Source: Balanoglossus misakiensis (lineage: Eukaryota > Animalia > Hemichordata). From it: a stretch of 64,000 nucleotides of DNA. Position 1 is the first letter of the stretch. Every line of letters begins with the position of its first letter. The notes below the pieces were generated by a model, which was not told the origin of the DNA, searched no databases, and worked only from the letters and a program-made list of their open reading frames with translations. The stretch spans positions 10,643,995 through 10,707,994 of the forward strand of contig CM082585.2 of NCBI GenBank assembly GCA_040954595.2, read 5' to 3'. Positions 52,001 through 64,000 of the stretch are shown here, in pieces. A program made the translations under genes and the position numbers.

Positions 52001-55000
52001 ACTGTGGCAGATGCGATTGCTTATCCTGGTGAAGCCCGAACACATTCACAGAATAAGCCATGTGGAACAGTCAACAGTCAAAACTGGAATTGCTAATGCC
52101 CTTGGTGAGTACTCCTATCAGACTGTGATGTGAAAACATGCATTCACTACACTGGCCCGGCCATGATATTTCGCCTTGAGGTCTGTTAACATTTTCTATC
52201 TTTTCTTTCACAGGGAACAAAGGGGCTGTAGCAATTTCATTCAATTTCAACGGCACTTCTCTTTGTTTTGTCAACTGTCATCTCACATCTGGAAATGAGA
52301 AATGTTTAAGGTTGGTTGAGACAATAGCATTTCTTTCTGTCTACATGTAGATGTGTGCCTGCTGGACTGGCACACACAAAATATTTGGCCACATTCAGAA
52401 TTGTAACATCGTGTCCATGAAATGTTGGACTTCCCCTCCAGTCTTTGTCATATGTGAACCCATTCCCTTGTTCATTCATGTCAACATTTTGAGAACAACA
52501 ATATAATTTTCTCGGAGCGTAATATCACAGACAGACACTTGTTTCTTTCCAGGCGCAACCAGAACTATTTTGACATTTTGAAGAATTTGCAGTTAGGTCT
52601 GAAGGAACCGTATAATGTGACCAACGCCTTCCACCACCTGTTTTGGTTTGGTGATCTCAACTATCGACTGGAAAGTGATATCCAGGTAGGGCAGAAGTTT
52701 CCACTTGGACAAGAATTCTCTGAAATCATAATTTGAAAATTTGAAGGCCATTACTTCTTGTATGCTGATTGATATTTTCTTCAATATAGGGTATTTTGAG
52801 ACTGATCTGTGAGAATAAATTTGACACGTTGCTGGACTTTGATCAACTGAAGAAGGAACAGAAAAATGAAAAAGCGTTTGTGCAATTCAGTAAGTCCAAG
52901 TTACAGTATCATTTAGTTTGTTATGAATGATCTCTTGTTTGTTTGGAGGAAACTGATTTCATTTCTTATTTTTCACTCAGAGGAGGAAAGTATTTCTTTC
53001 CCACCAACTTACCGATACAGACGAGGCAGTAACAAGGAATATGTCTGGGAGAAAATTAAGAAGACTGGAGTGAGTATTGATTTTTAGTTCCTATTTACTG
53101 CAAGCATATTGCCCTCCCCAAATTGCATGTGAAATCCACACATTTTCATAGACTATTTCTAAGCATCATTTTATGACCGAGAAGGTTCATTCTAAACGTA
53201 CATTTATTTCTTATGAATGTTGTTGGTAGATACGAATAAATGTTCCATCATGGTGCGACCGTGTTCTGTGGAAGAGCTATCCTGAGATGTATATATCCAA
53301 CACTTCATATGGTAGGTATTGCTTTATTCCCTTTTGCCACCGTGGTTTGGTCCAACTCCATTGTTTTATATTGTAAACTTGGATAGGTATCATGTGTTCT
53401 TTTACTTTGAAATTGTATTATGATCTCTTCTTCCCAAGGTTGTACAACTGACATTTTGAGCAGTGATCACCATCCTGTCTTTGCGACCTTTGACATTGGC
53501 ATCATCACACAATTTGTGTCTTATAAAGGTAAGCGATCAGATAAGGTTAAAAAATTTCCAGCAGTGTCATGTTTGGGTGTTCTTCTAAATTCCCTTTATG
53601 GATGATAGTAATTTAAGATCTGAAATATGCAGTAGGTCGGGCCAGCAAGTTGTGATATGGATCTAAACTTGAGTTTTCGGTTTTCAGAAAACCTTCCCCA
53701 GGAAACAGATGACAGTAAAGAGTCAGTCAGCATCATCTTCACGGAAGTTGAAGCCAGGATCAAGACGAAGACAAGCAACAACAAATACTGCTTGGAGTTC
53801 CAGTCCAGTTGCCTGGAAAGTAAGTATGGATCATTGTACATAGTTCGCACATAATTTCACTGGCAAACATCAGACCCCACACTTTGCGTTTAACAATGCG
53901 AAAAAAATGAACTCCCATTTCAATGTAAATTTCTCTGAATCCGCAGGAAAGGTGCGGAGCTTTGGCAATCGCCATTGGGACCTTGGAAGTGGTTTCCATG
54001 ACTACACATCAGCTCCAAAATGGACTGAAAAAGAACTGATACCGGTTAGTAAGATTTTGCTTGACGGAAATTTGTTTGCAAGTTTGGTATGCAGTATTGC
54101 TGAGGACACATCCAACGTTGATATGATGACATCCGTCGTTGGCTAGAAATTGATGATTACTTTCATACTGTAATCTTTTTCTGGTGATTTTGATCTCAAT
54201 ACAGCTGGTACCCATTGTGCCTGACTATGCCTACTTGGAAGATCAGTATGTGCTGGTAGCTATAAAGTCCGATGACAGTGATGAGTACTACGGTTTGTTC
54301 ATGTTTTTCTTTCTTGTATGCTTCATTTGATTTGAACTCCAATTGTAATACATTGTACCTTTTTGATATAATATTGTTGGAACTCCTGTGATTGCAGATC
54401 TATTGCATTAGGAAATCTATTGTCATTTATTAAGCACACATATTGTCAGTACTATCATCTATTAGCAAAGTTGTGCCCAAGACTTACACAGCAAATGAGC
54501 TTCCATAACATGTTGGAGCTGTTTACACCATGATATTCCATTTTGTGTTTGCAGGTGAGTGTGTGATAGCTCTCAAATCCAAGTTTGGTTCCATGCCATC
54601 GTCATTCAAGGGACTACTCAGCCATCAAGGAGAGATTATCGGTGAAATCAAGTATGTATACACCAGCTGGTACCCATTGTGCCTGACTTTGCATACTGTC
54701 GCATCATAGATCTTGCATCACTCATAACTTCTGAACCCTGTAATGTCAGCCCTTTTGGCCCCATATCCCATGCTGCTTTGCTCCACCACTCTCACACCAT
54801 CACTATTACTTTTCCTCCCCAGGGGCCAGATGCATGTGAAGACAGATGAAAAACTGTTGAACTCTATAACAAACAGCCGAAGAGGTCGAAGCTATGGTAA
54901 GACTAAGACTTACCATAAGACTTACTTACTAAGATTTGAGTGTTAGTTAGAAAAATACCACGAAAGAGTTTTGAGGATAGTGTTTGAGTGTGTGGAGGAA

Positions 55001-57185
55001 TCTGGTATGAATCTACTTGTCTGTATTGAAATTGCCATGTTTAATCCTCCTAACTATGAACAAATGTTTCCACCTTGAAGTATAGTCATAGGGATCAGAT
55101 AGATTCCAGACTAAACTAACTCATTGACAACCTTTAAGAGTTGGTGATACATGGTGATAAATGAATGCATACAAACATGGATGTGGTGATACTAATTTAA
55201 TTTCATCTTTCTTTTCAGACATGATAGTTATGGAAGGTAGTTATTTTATTTGAATTTTGTTTAATCTTCAGTACATGTAGTTGATTTTGGTAGACACAAC
55301 AACGACAACATTCGTTTGCGACTGAATGGGAAAGAAAGTTGTCGCTTCGTTCAAACATTCTATGAAAATTAAATAAAAGTTAAGATCCCTGCACCATCAA
55401 ACCCAATGCAAGCAGCAGTTTTCAGATCATGCTGCTTGTGCATTATTTTACATCTTGCACAGAACTAGTTTTAGATTTTCATGCATTTGCCAGAGAATGT
55501 TGTCTGCCTGCCTGTCTGCTTGGTTGTTGGAAATTGTGGGCATGGATGCAAATGTGTGTTAGAGTGGATGTGTGGGTAATGGTATGTGAAAGGTTTCATG
55601 AGGAGTTTACATCAGCTTGCATTCAAGCTACGTCCAATTCCCTGATCCGCAATGATAAACTCAATCCACTTTTCATATGCATTAGATTTGATTGTATGAT
55701 GATGTTATTGCCATTAAGGAACAATAATTTTTTTTCAGATGTTTGTCTTACATGGTCAATAAAAACTTCCTTGATTATAAAAACTTGATATAAGTTTTAG
55801 TTGGTTAGAATGAATTCATGAATTAACTTCAAACAAAATAAAATGTTGCATATAACTAACCATCTTTTACACAAATATATTCACTGTAAAAGGCATTTCT
55901 TATCATGTAAGTATTTGCGTGCACTGAAATGTATTTTCAATTTTTTTATATTGCCTTGGAAAGCATGGTGCATGTTTTGAGTCTTGTTTCTTTTTTCTTC
56001 TTTCCCATCACATCTTTCCCTCAGAATTGGTTTCATTTGAGGAAGGTGGCACTTCACACTCATCTCCAGAATCCAACTTACTTTCGGTAGCCGCAAACTC
56101 CAACATTCACTCAGTGTCACCAGAGTTACCACGGAAACAGAAACAGCAGACGCAGACAGACGGCGTGCCGACCCCTCCGGCTAGAAGACGGCGCGACCTG
56201 AAGCAGTGTCAGTCGATGTATGACGACATCCCGGAGACTATCGGTGACGTTGGTTCTAATGAGAAAACCCAGGCGCGTACCGTTCCAGACATGTACGAGG
56301 TAACAAGCTTACCTGTTGTAGATATTCAACTCTTGTCTGGCCGACAGTCCCCGTACAGTCGGCAGGTTTCTGAACCTGGAATACCCACAAGTGCCAGCAA
56401 ACCACCTCTACCGATGCGACTAGCTGCTACACACGACAACCCGTCATACTATAAAGAAGTTGAAGATGATGAGGAAGACGACACTAGTTGTTTTGAGTAT
56501 CCGCCCGGACCCCCATTACCAGTGAAACACCCACAACGAGCAAAAAGCCCAGTACCTGTAGGGAGAGGCCTGCCACCTTTACCACCCAGACCTGTACCAC
56601 AACAGAAACCGAAAGTAGACCAACTACCACCATTGCCTCCACTTCCTAAGGATGCAACATCAAAGGACAATGACTCAATGGTATGTCTTTATGTCAAAAA
56701 TATCAAGTGGAATTGAAGTGTTTCATTTAGCCATAATCTTCACTAGACTGTATATTCTTATAACTAAAAAGAATTTCTTAGGTTATATTCTCAAACAAAG
56801 ATTTTATTCTGACTGAATAATCATCTTGGCAGACCATTTCTCAGAAATTTTGCGTCATTAAGTCATGCTTACTCTGCCAGCTGCACTTTACTGCTTATTG
56901 CTATCACCACCTAAATAATGTGGACGTGTAAGTTCACATGTATCTGAATTCCCCAATCATTTCTTGCAGGACTATGAAGCCCTCATCAAGCCCCAAACCA
57001 TATCAGAATGGTTGATGAACCTTGGTCTTCCGAATTACATCAGAAATATGATGGACAGTGGTTGGGACAGCCTGGAGTTCATCGACTCCATCTCCGACAT
57101 CGATTTGGTGGAAGCTGGCATCACAGATGTGAAGCATAAACAGCGTATCCTGAAGAGTGTCTTTGAAATGAAGAAAAAGTCGTGA
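46077..57185 (+). CDS. INPPL1: SH2-containing inositol polyphosphate 5-phosphatase, SHIP2-like (SH2, PH-like, 5-phosphatase, C2, proline-rich, SAM)
   Basis: SH2 WYHGQLSRVKAEEEL...GSFLVRDSES; RETFCQLIQQMKN; ISVFIGTYNMG; VKTGIANALGNKGAV; HLFWFGDLNYR; NVPSWCDRVLWKSYP; SDHHPVF; NPSY motif; C-terminal SAM ISEWLMNLGLPNY...AGITDVKHKQRIL. It may be the single co-ortholog of INPP5D and INPPL1. Confidence 0.93.
48474..50209 (+). mobile_element. Non-autonomous Helentron-associated element (HINE/DINE-1-like), ~1.74 kb, in an INPPL1 intron
   Basis: 5' subterminal repeat within a 14-bp stem (TACGGGCCCAAGCC 48479-48492 / GGCTTGGGCCCGTA 48499-48512), (CTTT)n at about 48530-48560, internal ~155-bp and ~237-bp tandem repeats, 3' subterminal inverted repeat GCTTGGGCCCG 50174-50184, 3' palindrome GCTGC-TT-GCAGC 50191-50202, T-rich flanks and no long ORF. 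Confidence 0.82.
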
Positions 57186-58651
57186 ATGACAGAGAGACTG
57201 TTTGTAGATATGCCTGCGTATAAATCAGAATGTGTAAAAAGCTCAAATTTCGTTAGGTCAAGTTTCTGTATATTGGAGATAGTTTACTTCATTTGCCTGA
57301 CATGAATTCCTAGCAGTGCCTAAAAGTTTCAAAAATATTGCTTACAAGTGTACTTATGGAAGGGACTACCCAGAGGTAGTGCACAATTATCACATTCCAT
57401 AGTAAGAGGCGAAGTTCAGTCTGGATGATTTTTACCCTATGTGCTAGCTTTGGGATCAGTTATTCAGGAAAACCAATTTTGCCATATAACTCGCATGATA
57501 AATGAACGAAAAAAGATATTGAAGATGCTTTATAGGACTTCCCCAACATAATATATCCAATACTGGAATGTTGAGTGGGTTTCATCATACACTAAATCAA
57601 GTAATGAGATAATATATTCAACCATACCAGTACATGTATATCATTCAGCTTTGATATTTTCTTATAAAAATCACATATGCATTGGAAGACAGGAAATGTC
57701 CTGTTTTGGCTGAATATGTAACCAGTATTATCCATTCTACATTTATGAGTGTTTTAGTCCTGCCAAAAAGCCCAGACGTCCCACAATTTTATATTACCGT
57801 ATTTACACAGTTTTGTACAATACTCTAACTGGTCACTTTATGTATGGTCTCTGTGTGTACGTGTTGTCTACTCTAGACCCGTCGTTGAGGACGCTCCCCG
57901 GCTGTATCAGTCTGTGGTTCAGTGGCAAAGTTGATGGTGCAAATATGAAACTCATTTGGTCTGAAACATTCTAGTTTACTGAAATTGTTTTCAATCATGG
58001 TAATTTATTTTTATACAATTTTGATAAAAGAAAGGATAGTCATGGTAATCAGAGATTATGGATACATTTTTACCACAGACTTTAATAGTAGACAGATCAT
58101 TCTTGAAATAGTATGTTTAATTTTTGTTTGATATAATTTTTTTATACTAAAAATATGTTTTTACAGCCTAGATATATTCTGTAGCACGAGATAATAAAAT
58201 TTACAACCATGGAAAGTTATTTAGATTATACTGATATATTAAAATGTTACTTATGCTTATTGTACACACTAAACGTTCCAGGTTGAAGTTTGCCTTTCAG
58301 CTATTATTCAGAAGAGACATTGTATGCAATTTTAATCTCTGCTTTTATAATCATGTCAGATGTGATTGATTCATGTATGCCATGTACATGTGGATATCTG
58401 TAAACAGATTATTTTTCTATAAAGGAAAATTGAACAGCTAAACTGGGTGTGTTTTTATTCCGAAGTGTGTGAAGGCATATACAACCAAAAATGAATGAGA
58501 GTTCATTTGAAATAAATATACACAGAACACTACAGGTACACTTATTATCGTTGAAAAAAAACATGACTTTATTCAAAGTTATCAAATATATCCTTTATAC
58601 AAAATAAGTGGACAAGCAGTTTCTGTCCACCAAATACAAAATCTCTTGATA

Positions 58652-59375
58652 TCAAAGCGACTGGGGCAGTGAGCAGACTTTGGCAAGTTCATGCAGTCTT
58701 GTTTTAGCATGGTCCAATCTATGTATAGCCATTCTAGCATCTTTTTGGGCAGAGTAACTGGATCCTTCATGGGGATGTCCCGTAGAAACTTGCGTCAAGT
58801 AATTAATCTGTTTGGTCAGTCCATTTTCTACAGTCTCTAGAGACTTCAGAAACATTTTTGTGTGGTGTTCCACGATCTTCTCATTAGGTTTGTCCTTTGA
58901 TAATTCTTGAAGTGCTTGGCCTGCGAAAATGAAAAGAAATGGTACTTTTACAGGAAAGTTTACTACAACTGTAATATCTGTGTATTGTAGTGTTGATTGT
59001 TTTGTTTGGATAACTGTTTTTTACTGTTAGTACATTGGGAAAACAGTGTTCATCTGATCTTTAACACATACATTACAGTGGGAGTACCAATATAAAGACA
59101 TGTAATGCAAAGTTGGGTCAAAGGTCACTCTGCTCGATACGCGACATCCATGTGCTACAACACTAGTAATATATTTCACAATTTTTATTTTTTATTGTAA
59201 AAGCTTGTTAAGCATATTACGCGTTATTTTAATCCAGGGTCACTTGCATTAATTTCAGTGTGTGATCCATGCTAAGAGAAAGAAACATACCTGCACTGCG
59301 TAGAATAATCGCAATTTCCTTTTCTATATTTTCCAGTTGTTGTAAACGCTCAGTCACCCCCGATGAAGTCGCCAT
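58652..59375 (-). CDS. MED11: Mediator of RNA polymerase II transcription subunit 11, 117 aa
   Basis: Exons 59291-59375 and 58652-58920 give [40 protein letters not shown]...LTKQINYLTQVSTGHPHEGSSYSAQKD... Confidence 0.96.
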
Positions 59376-61205
59376 CTTGGACAGCTTTGCAACATCTGGG
59401 TCACCTGATACCAAGGGAACAGAAAACGACATTATGGTGTAAATTTCGGTGAAAATTGTAAAATGCTTACAGGAAAAGCTACTAACAGAGTAACTACCTT
59501 GTGAAAAGAAGAATACGTTTCCCTTCGACCGGCAAATGTCGATCAATTCGGAGTCATCACGCGAAGCCATACCATTCTCACGGCTTAGCGCTGTTGTCGA
59601 TAAATGTTGTCAAAGGGCCACGAGTGACATTATAGTGATTAGATTACAATGAAGTGCGTGGAGGGATAGATAGAATATGCGTGTGTCTAATTTTGATTGT
59701 TTTGCCATTCTTTGGCGTATTGTTCAATTTCAGTGGAAACTATTGTCTAAGTTATATAGCACAATGGTGGAAATGTAGTCCTAAATGATAATTAAAATGT
59801 GTTCGCAAGTCTTTTCCAGCTTTGTGTTGGTCCCGACCCGCCCTAGAAATAATGGTATCAGCGTACGTGATATTTACCTTAATCCAATCACATGAGGTGT
59901 TTCATATCACCCTTAGAGAACGCACTTAGCAATCGAGAAGGAACCAATCACGTTACGCTTTATAAACAACCTCTGAATTATGCTACATGGTTCAAAAATC
60001 GGAAGTGGTTCCGAGTCCCAAGCAGCCGTCGCGGCAAGGTTGGTAATTTTTGTAGCCAAAATTGGACGGAGTCGCAAGGAGTACAACACCGCAGGTAAGG
60101 TGTATAATATATGTACCTGTTACCAATATGTCTATCGATTTTTGTCGTTATGAGTTGACAAATTCACGCAGAAATTGCTTTCAAAAATTGCCGTGTCAGT
60201 GCAGCTCAGCTGGCCGTCCAGTTCTGTACGGCAAATGTTTAGAATTTCTACTGCAATCACTAGTAGATTTGTTGAGAGTTTATCGTTGATTAAGACTCAA
60301 CAGAGTGCCCTCGATGTTACAGTTATTTTATGTTTAACGTGGAAGGCGTGGATCGGGTTTGGTGTCAGCTGAAAGTGAAGTCAGAAGCCTTGCTCGCGAC
60401 TCTCACAGCAGTCTAGGGAAAACTCGAACGGGACGCGCCATAGGATAGGAAGAAAGTCCCGAATACGAAAGGGCTGGCTCTCCTTACCGTCAGTTTGTGA
60501 TTCCATATGTTTTATTGAAGCCACTTCCACCAGATTCCAATCACAAATTATGAAACAAACTAGAAAGTAACACATAATGTTCGAATTTCGTCATTTTCGC
60601 GTGTTTACTATTGTCTGCATACGTAATAGGCGGAATGTAAAAGCCCAGAATATATTATGCAAATTAGATTAATAATGGTACCCTTTGCCCTCTTCTAACA
60701 TAAATGGTATGAATTATATCTGTCAACTGCAGTTCATGTTTACAATACAACACGCCCATTTTGTGAAATACCGCCGGTTATCTGTGTGGTAGTGGGCCGT
60801 TCGACAACAACATGTTTGACATACATATAACTACTTGTAGTTCAGTTGTCCCAGAAGAATTGTTGCCAGTTTTCGGCCTTGGAAGGACCATGGATGTTTG
60901 CGTGTGTTGATAGTTGACTAAGTTGTACATACGCAACCACTGACATGTATAGCTGAACACAAGCATGTAATTTCTGTTCATCGACATGCCACTATCGCAT
61001 TATTGAGTATTTATGGCTAGATATTTATAAATATTAATAGATCATATTTGATGTCATGGAAACTGCAGATTTTATTCCAGGCGGACATATAATGGTTGAT
61101 TTAAACAGTTTCACCCATTGCAACGTTATTTCCGGGTGTTTAACCCTTGAATTTTAGTTACAGCATTTAATCTGGTTATATTTTCTTAGGGTGTGTTGGT
61201 TCAGA

Positions 61206-64000
61206 ATGAGTAGCCATGGATTCCATCCGGGAAGTGGTGGTGCCGGTGAAGAGCGGAAAGATGAAGGTCAGAGGTCAGGTCAGCAACAAGAAGAAGCGAA
61301 ATCAGAATCTATTGTGAGGTCTGCCACACAACAGCAGCCAGTACCAGTACCTCGGCCACCCCCTCATCCAGTTCAAACCCAATTAAATCAAGCACAGTCT
61401 CTCTTAAGAAACCCGGGGCAACCTGTTGCTCCTCCGGTAATGCCATCACAGCCCCCAACAGAGACAGTGAAACCTTATGTTGACACACTAGCGAAGGTAA
61501 ATATCTTTGCTATGTTCTACAATGTGGTTGTTAATTTTGTGCCAGACTCAATATAGGGTTGTAACTTGTATACTCCTATAACATGTGCATATCATAAATT
61601 TTAATGTTCAGGAATTAAAATTTAAAATCTTGATCTTTCTTTTGAACAATACAAAAGTCGTCGACAATGTTTACAACAAGACCACTTGCACCTGCACCAG
61701 CTCCAACTATTAGCGCAGTGCCCAAGATAACAGCCGGACATGTGACTGTGATGGAAACGAGCATACCTTCTGTGACTGGATTGCCTGCACAGCAAGTCAC
61801 GGCCATCACCACTGCGTTGTCCCTGCCAACACCATCAACCATTCATCTAGCGAGTATGATGAAAGGAATCCAGGCGCCATCGACGCAAGTGCCAAATCAT
61901 CCATATCCATCACATGTGCCAAGAGGTAAGATCTCTCTGCTACAGGCATACAATATAGTGTTGTAACAAACTGACCTTACAACATTATGTTTTGCTGTTA
62001 AGTTGTACTCATTCATAGCCACTACAACCTCGTTTTTTTGTGTGGTAGGGTATTTACAACAAGGGTGTGTTAGAGATAATTTTGCCCCAGGGTACTGAAT
62101 CCAAAGTCAGGCATGTGGTCAGAGATTAGCTGGAATGAATACCCAGTATAATGAGATGCTTTCACTTGCATTACAGTGGTTAATCTCACCTTGCTACCTT
62201 CACTCCAGGGTCTTCAATCCCCAGCTAATTCCACCCAGAGTAAGTCCTTTCCTTTCTGTCATCAAAGTGAAAATCAACCTGGAGCAAGCGACAGTAGAGG
62301 GTTCTGTGTTGAGGTATAATAGATACTGTCTCAGACTTTTGTATATCTTTTTTTCATGTTCACAGGCATAGCAGCAGCGGCGGCCATATCCATACCGAAA
62401 GCCGGTGCAACTACAGCTATCCTAAGACCACACACTCAGACTATAGGGGGCGCCACTGGATCAACCACAACAGTACAGTCTGTCTTGTCAGCTCCCATCA
62501 TTCCCCATTTCCAGGTATGTCATACATCTCTCCTCAAGTATACACCAGAGTTTGGCAGTGTTCTCCCAAAAAAATTCTGATAGAGTAGTGGCTAAATTGT
62601 ATCTATCTATGGTACTGACACATTGTTGTTTGTAATTGTAGCATACACAGAGGTATTCCCCAGCACCGGTTCCTGTATCAACTACGATTCATTCTTGTAG
62701 TGCCCAGGGAATCTCCAGGAGTTCCTCACCAGCGGTTACCACGGCAGCAGCACAATCAGAAATCCATAGGTAACCAATAACCTTATTCACAGAGAAACAT
62801 TCTGTAGTATGTTTTACCATAGAAAACAATGTGTTTGGACTGAACCAAGGTAATAATAGGGTTATTACAAGCTAATGATGTGTTTCTATTTGCAGGTCAA
62901 CCCATCACTTGCCTCCAACACTTGGGATGAGTCTCCAACCTCGACCACTGCCAACACCTCAACCACAACCACACTTACAACCACAAACACAACACCAAGC
63001 ACTCGCACAGGTACCTACGCTGTTACAGTCACAAAGCCAGACCCCACCACAAGTCACACACACCCCTCCAATACAGTTACCCAGTCCAACCCAGTTCGTG
63101 CCGCCCATACGCCAACAACTGCAACCGGATCTGGCACTTAGGACTATTCCATTATCTCAGCATATGCCCAAGTATGTCCCCTCGGTCACGCTACCTGGGA
63201 ATATCCCCAAACCCATCATTTCTGCCACGCCCAACGTAACAAGCATGCCTACAACACAACCCCCTCAGCAGACAGTTGTTACAGTGCCAGTGGTCAGTTC
63301 AGTATCAACAACATCAGGCCCGCCTCATACTATGTCCGTCACTTCGATGCCGTCTGTTCTGACGTCAGCCCCGATACAACTAGGTAAGTCATAGTTTTCC
63401 TATAGTTTTCCTGCCTTTTTGTGCACAATCTCCAGAAATGCAGAACAGTGTCTACCAAGAACAGGTAGATTTTCACAGGGCATTTCATGGTCTATCACAG
63501 GATATAATCCTTGCAAATCATTTTTGACACAGGTTCCATGTTGGCAGCTGTGAGGACTACCCCTGCAATATCCGCAGGCAATGTTACAAGTGCACAGTCA
63601 ACAACGCAGTCTACTCCGGCCACTGCACAAAGCATACCTGTTGGTAAGTTTTCTTGTTCTTATTTTTTGCCCATTGCCTGTCCATGATTTTTTTCCAAGC
63701 TCAGAAGACTTTAAGTTTTAAAGCTCCACTTTTTGTAATTTTGGACTATGTTTCAGTAACACAAGTCAATACTGAAGTGCCAATTGTTTTTATATCTGCA
63801 GCGAAAGTGTATCCACGTCAGCAGCTGCCTCATTCACCGCGGTCACAGCCAGAGTATGAAGCCCATCAACCAAGCAGTATATATTTGCCATTAGCAGCCA
63901 CGCATCGCGGTTCCCCCAATCCTGTAGCTGCAGCTGCTGCGTCGGTAGCTGCAGCAGTCAGTCTTGCCCAGACAGCTGCGTCAACAGACAGTAGATCTGA
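61206..64000 (+). CDS. SAP130: Histone deacetylase complex subunit SAP130, 5' part (continues beyond the window)
   Basis: P/T/S-rich exons with the motif YPSHVPRG|IAAAAAISIPKAGATTAILRP, resembling vertebrate SAP130 SHLPRGAAAAAVMSSSKVTTVLRP. A non-coding first exon ends at donor GTAAGG 60095, with an ETS motif CGGAAGT at about 60000. Confidence 0.75.

Overview
Intron-rich animal genomic DNA. It probably comes from a marine invertebrate bilaterian, possibly a non-vertebrate deuterostome, but the species cannot be fixed from the sequence. Twelve protein-coding genes were reconstructed by hand from splice signals and motif recognition, in this order: IQCG/DRC9 (-, runs off the left edge), RPL35A (+), an orphan 2-exon ~475-aa S/T/P-rich protein with a C-terminal Cys/His module (-), a 14-exon type-I membrane NHL-repeat beta-propeller protein (-), a BOK-like Bcl-2 family gene (-), SLC12A9 (+, with a U12 minor intron), a STAG/SA cohesin subunit (-), ZC3H13 (+), ACADVL (-), INPPL1/SHIP2-like (+), MED11 (-) and SAP130 (+, runs off the right edge). 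Ten of these form five head-to-head pairs. Mobile DNA comprises a 1.7-kb non-autonomous Helentron-like (HINE) element in an INPPL1 intron and two copies of a ~90-bp TTAA-flanked MITE. The most novel-looking items are the surface-anchored six-blade NHL propeller, whose introns repeat at the same position in every blade, and the orphan gene. Gene names come from remembered family motifs, not from database searches. I see no evidence of a multi-gene novel system.
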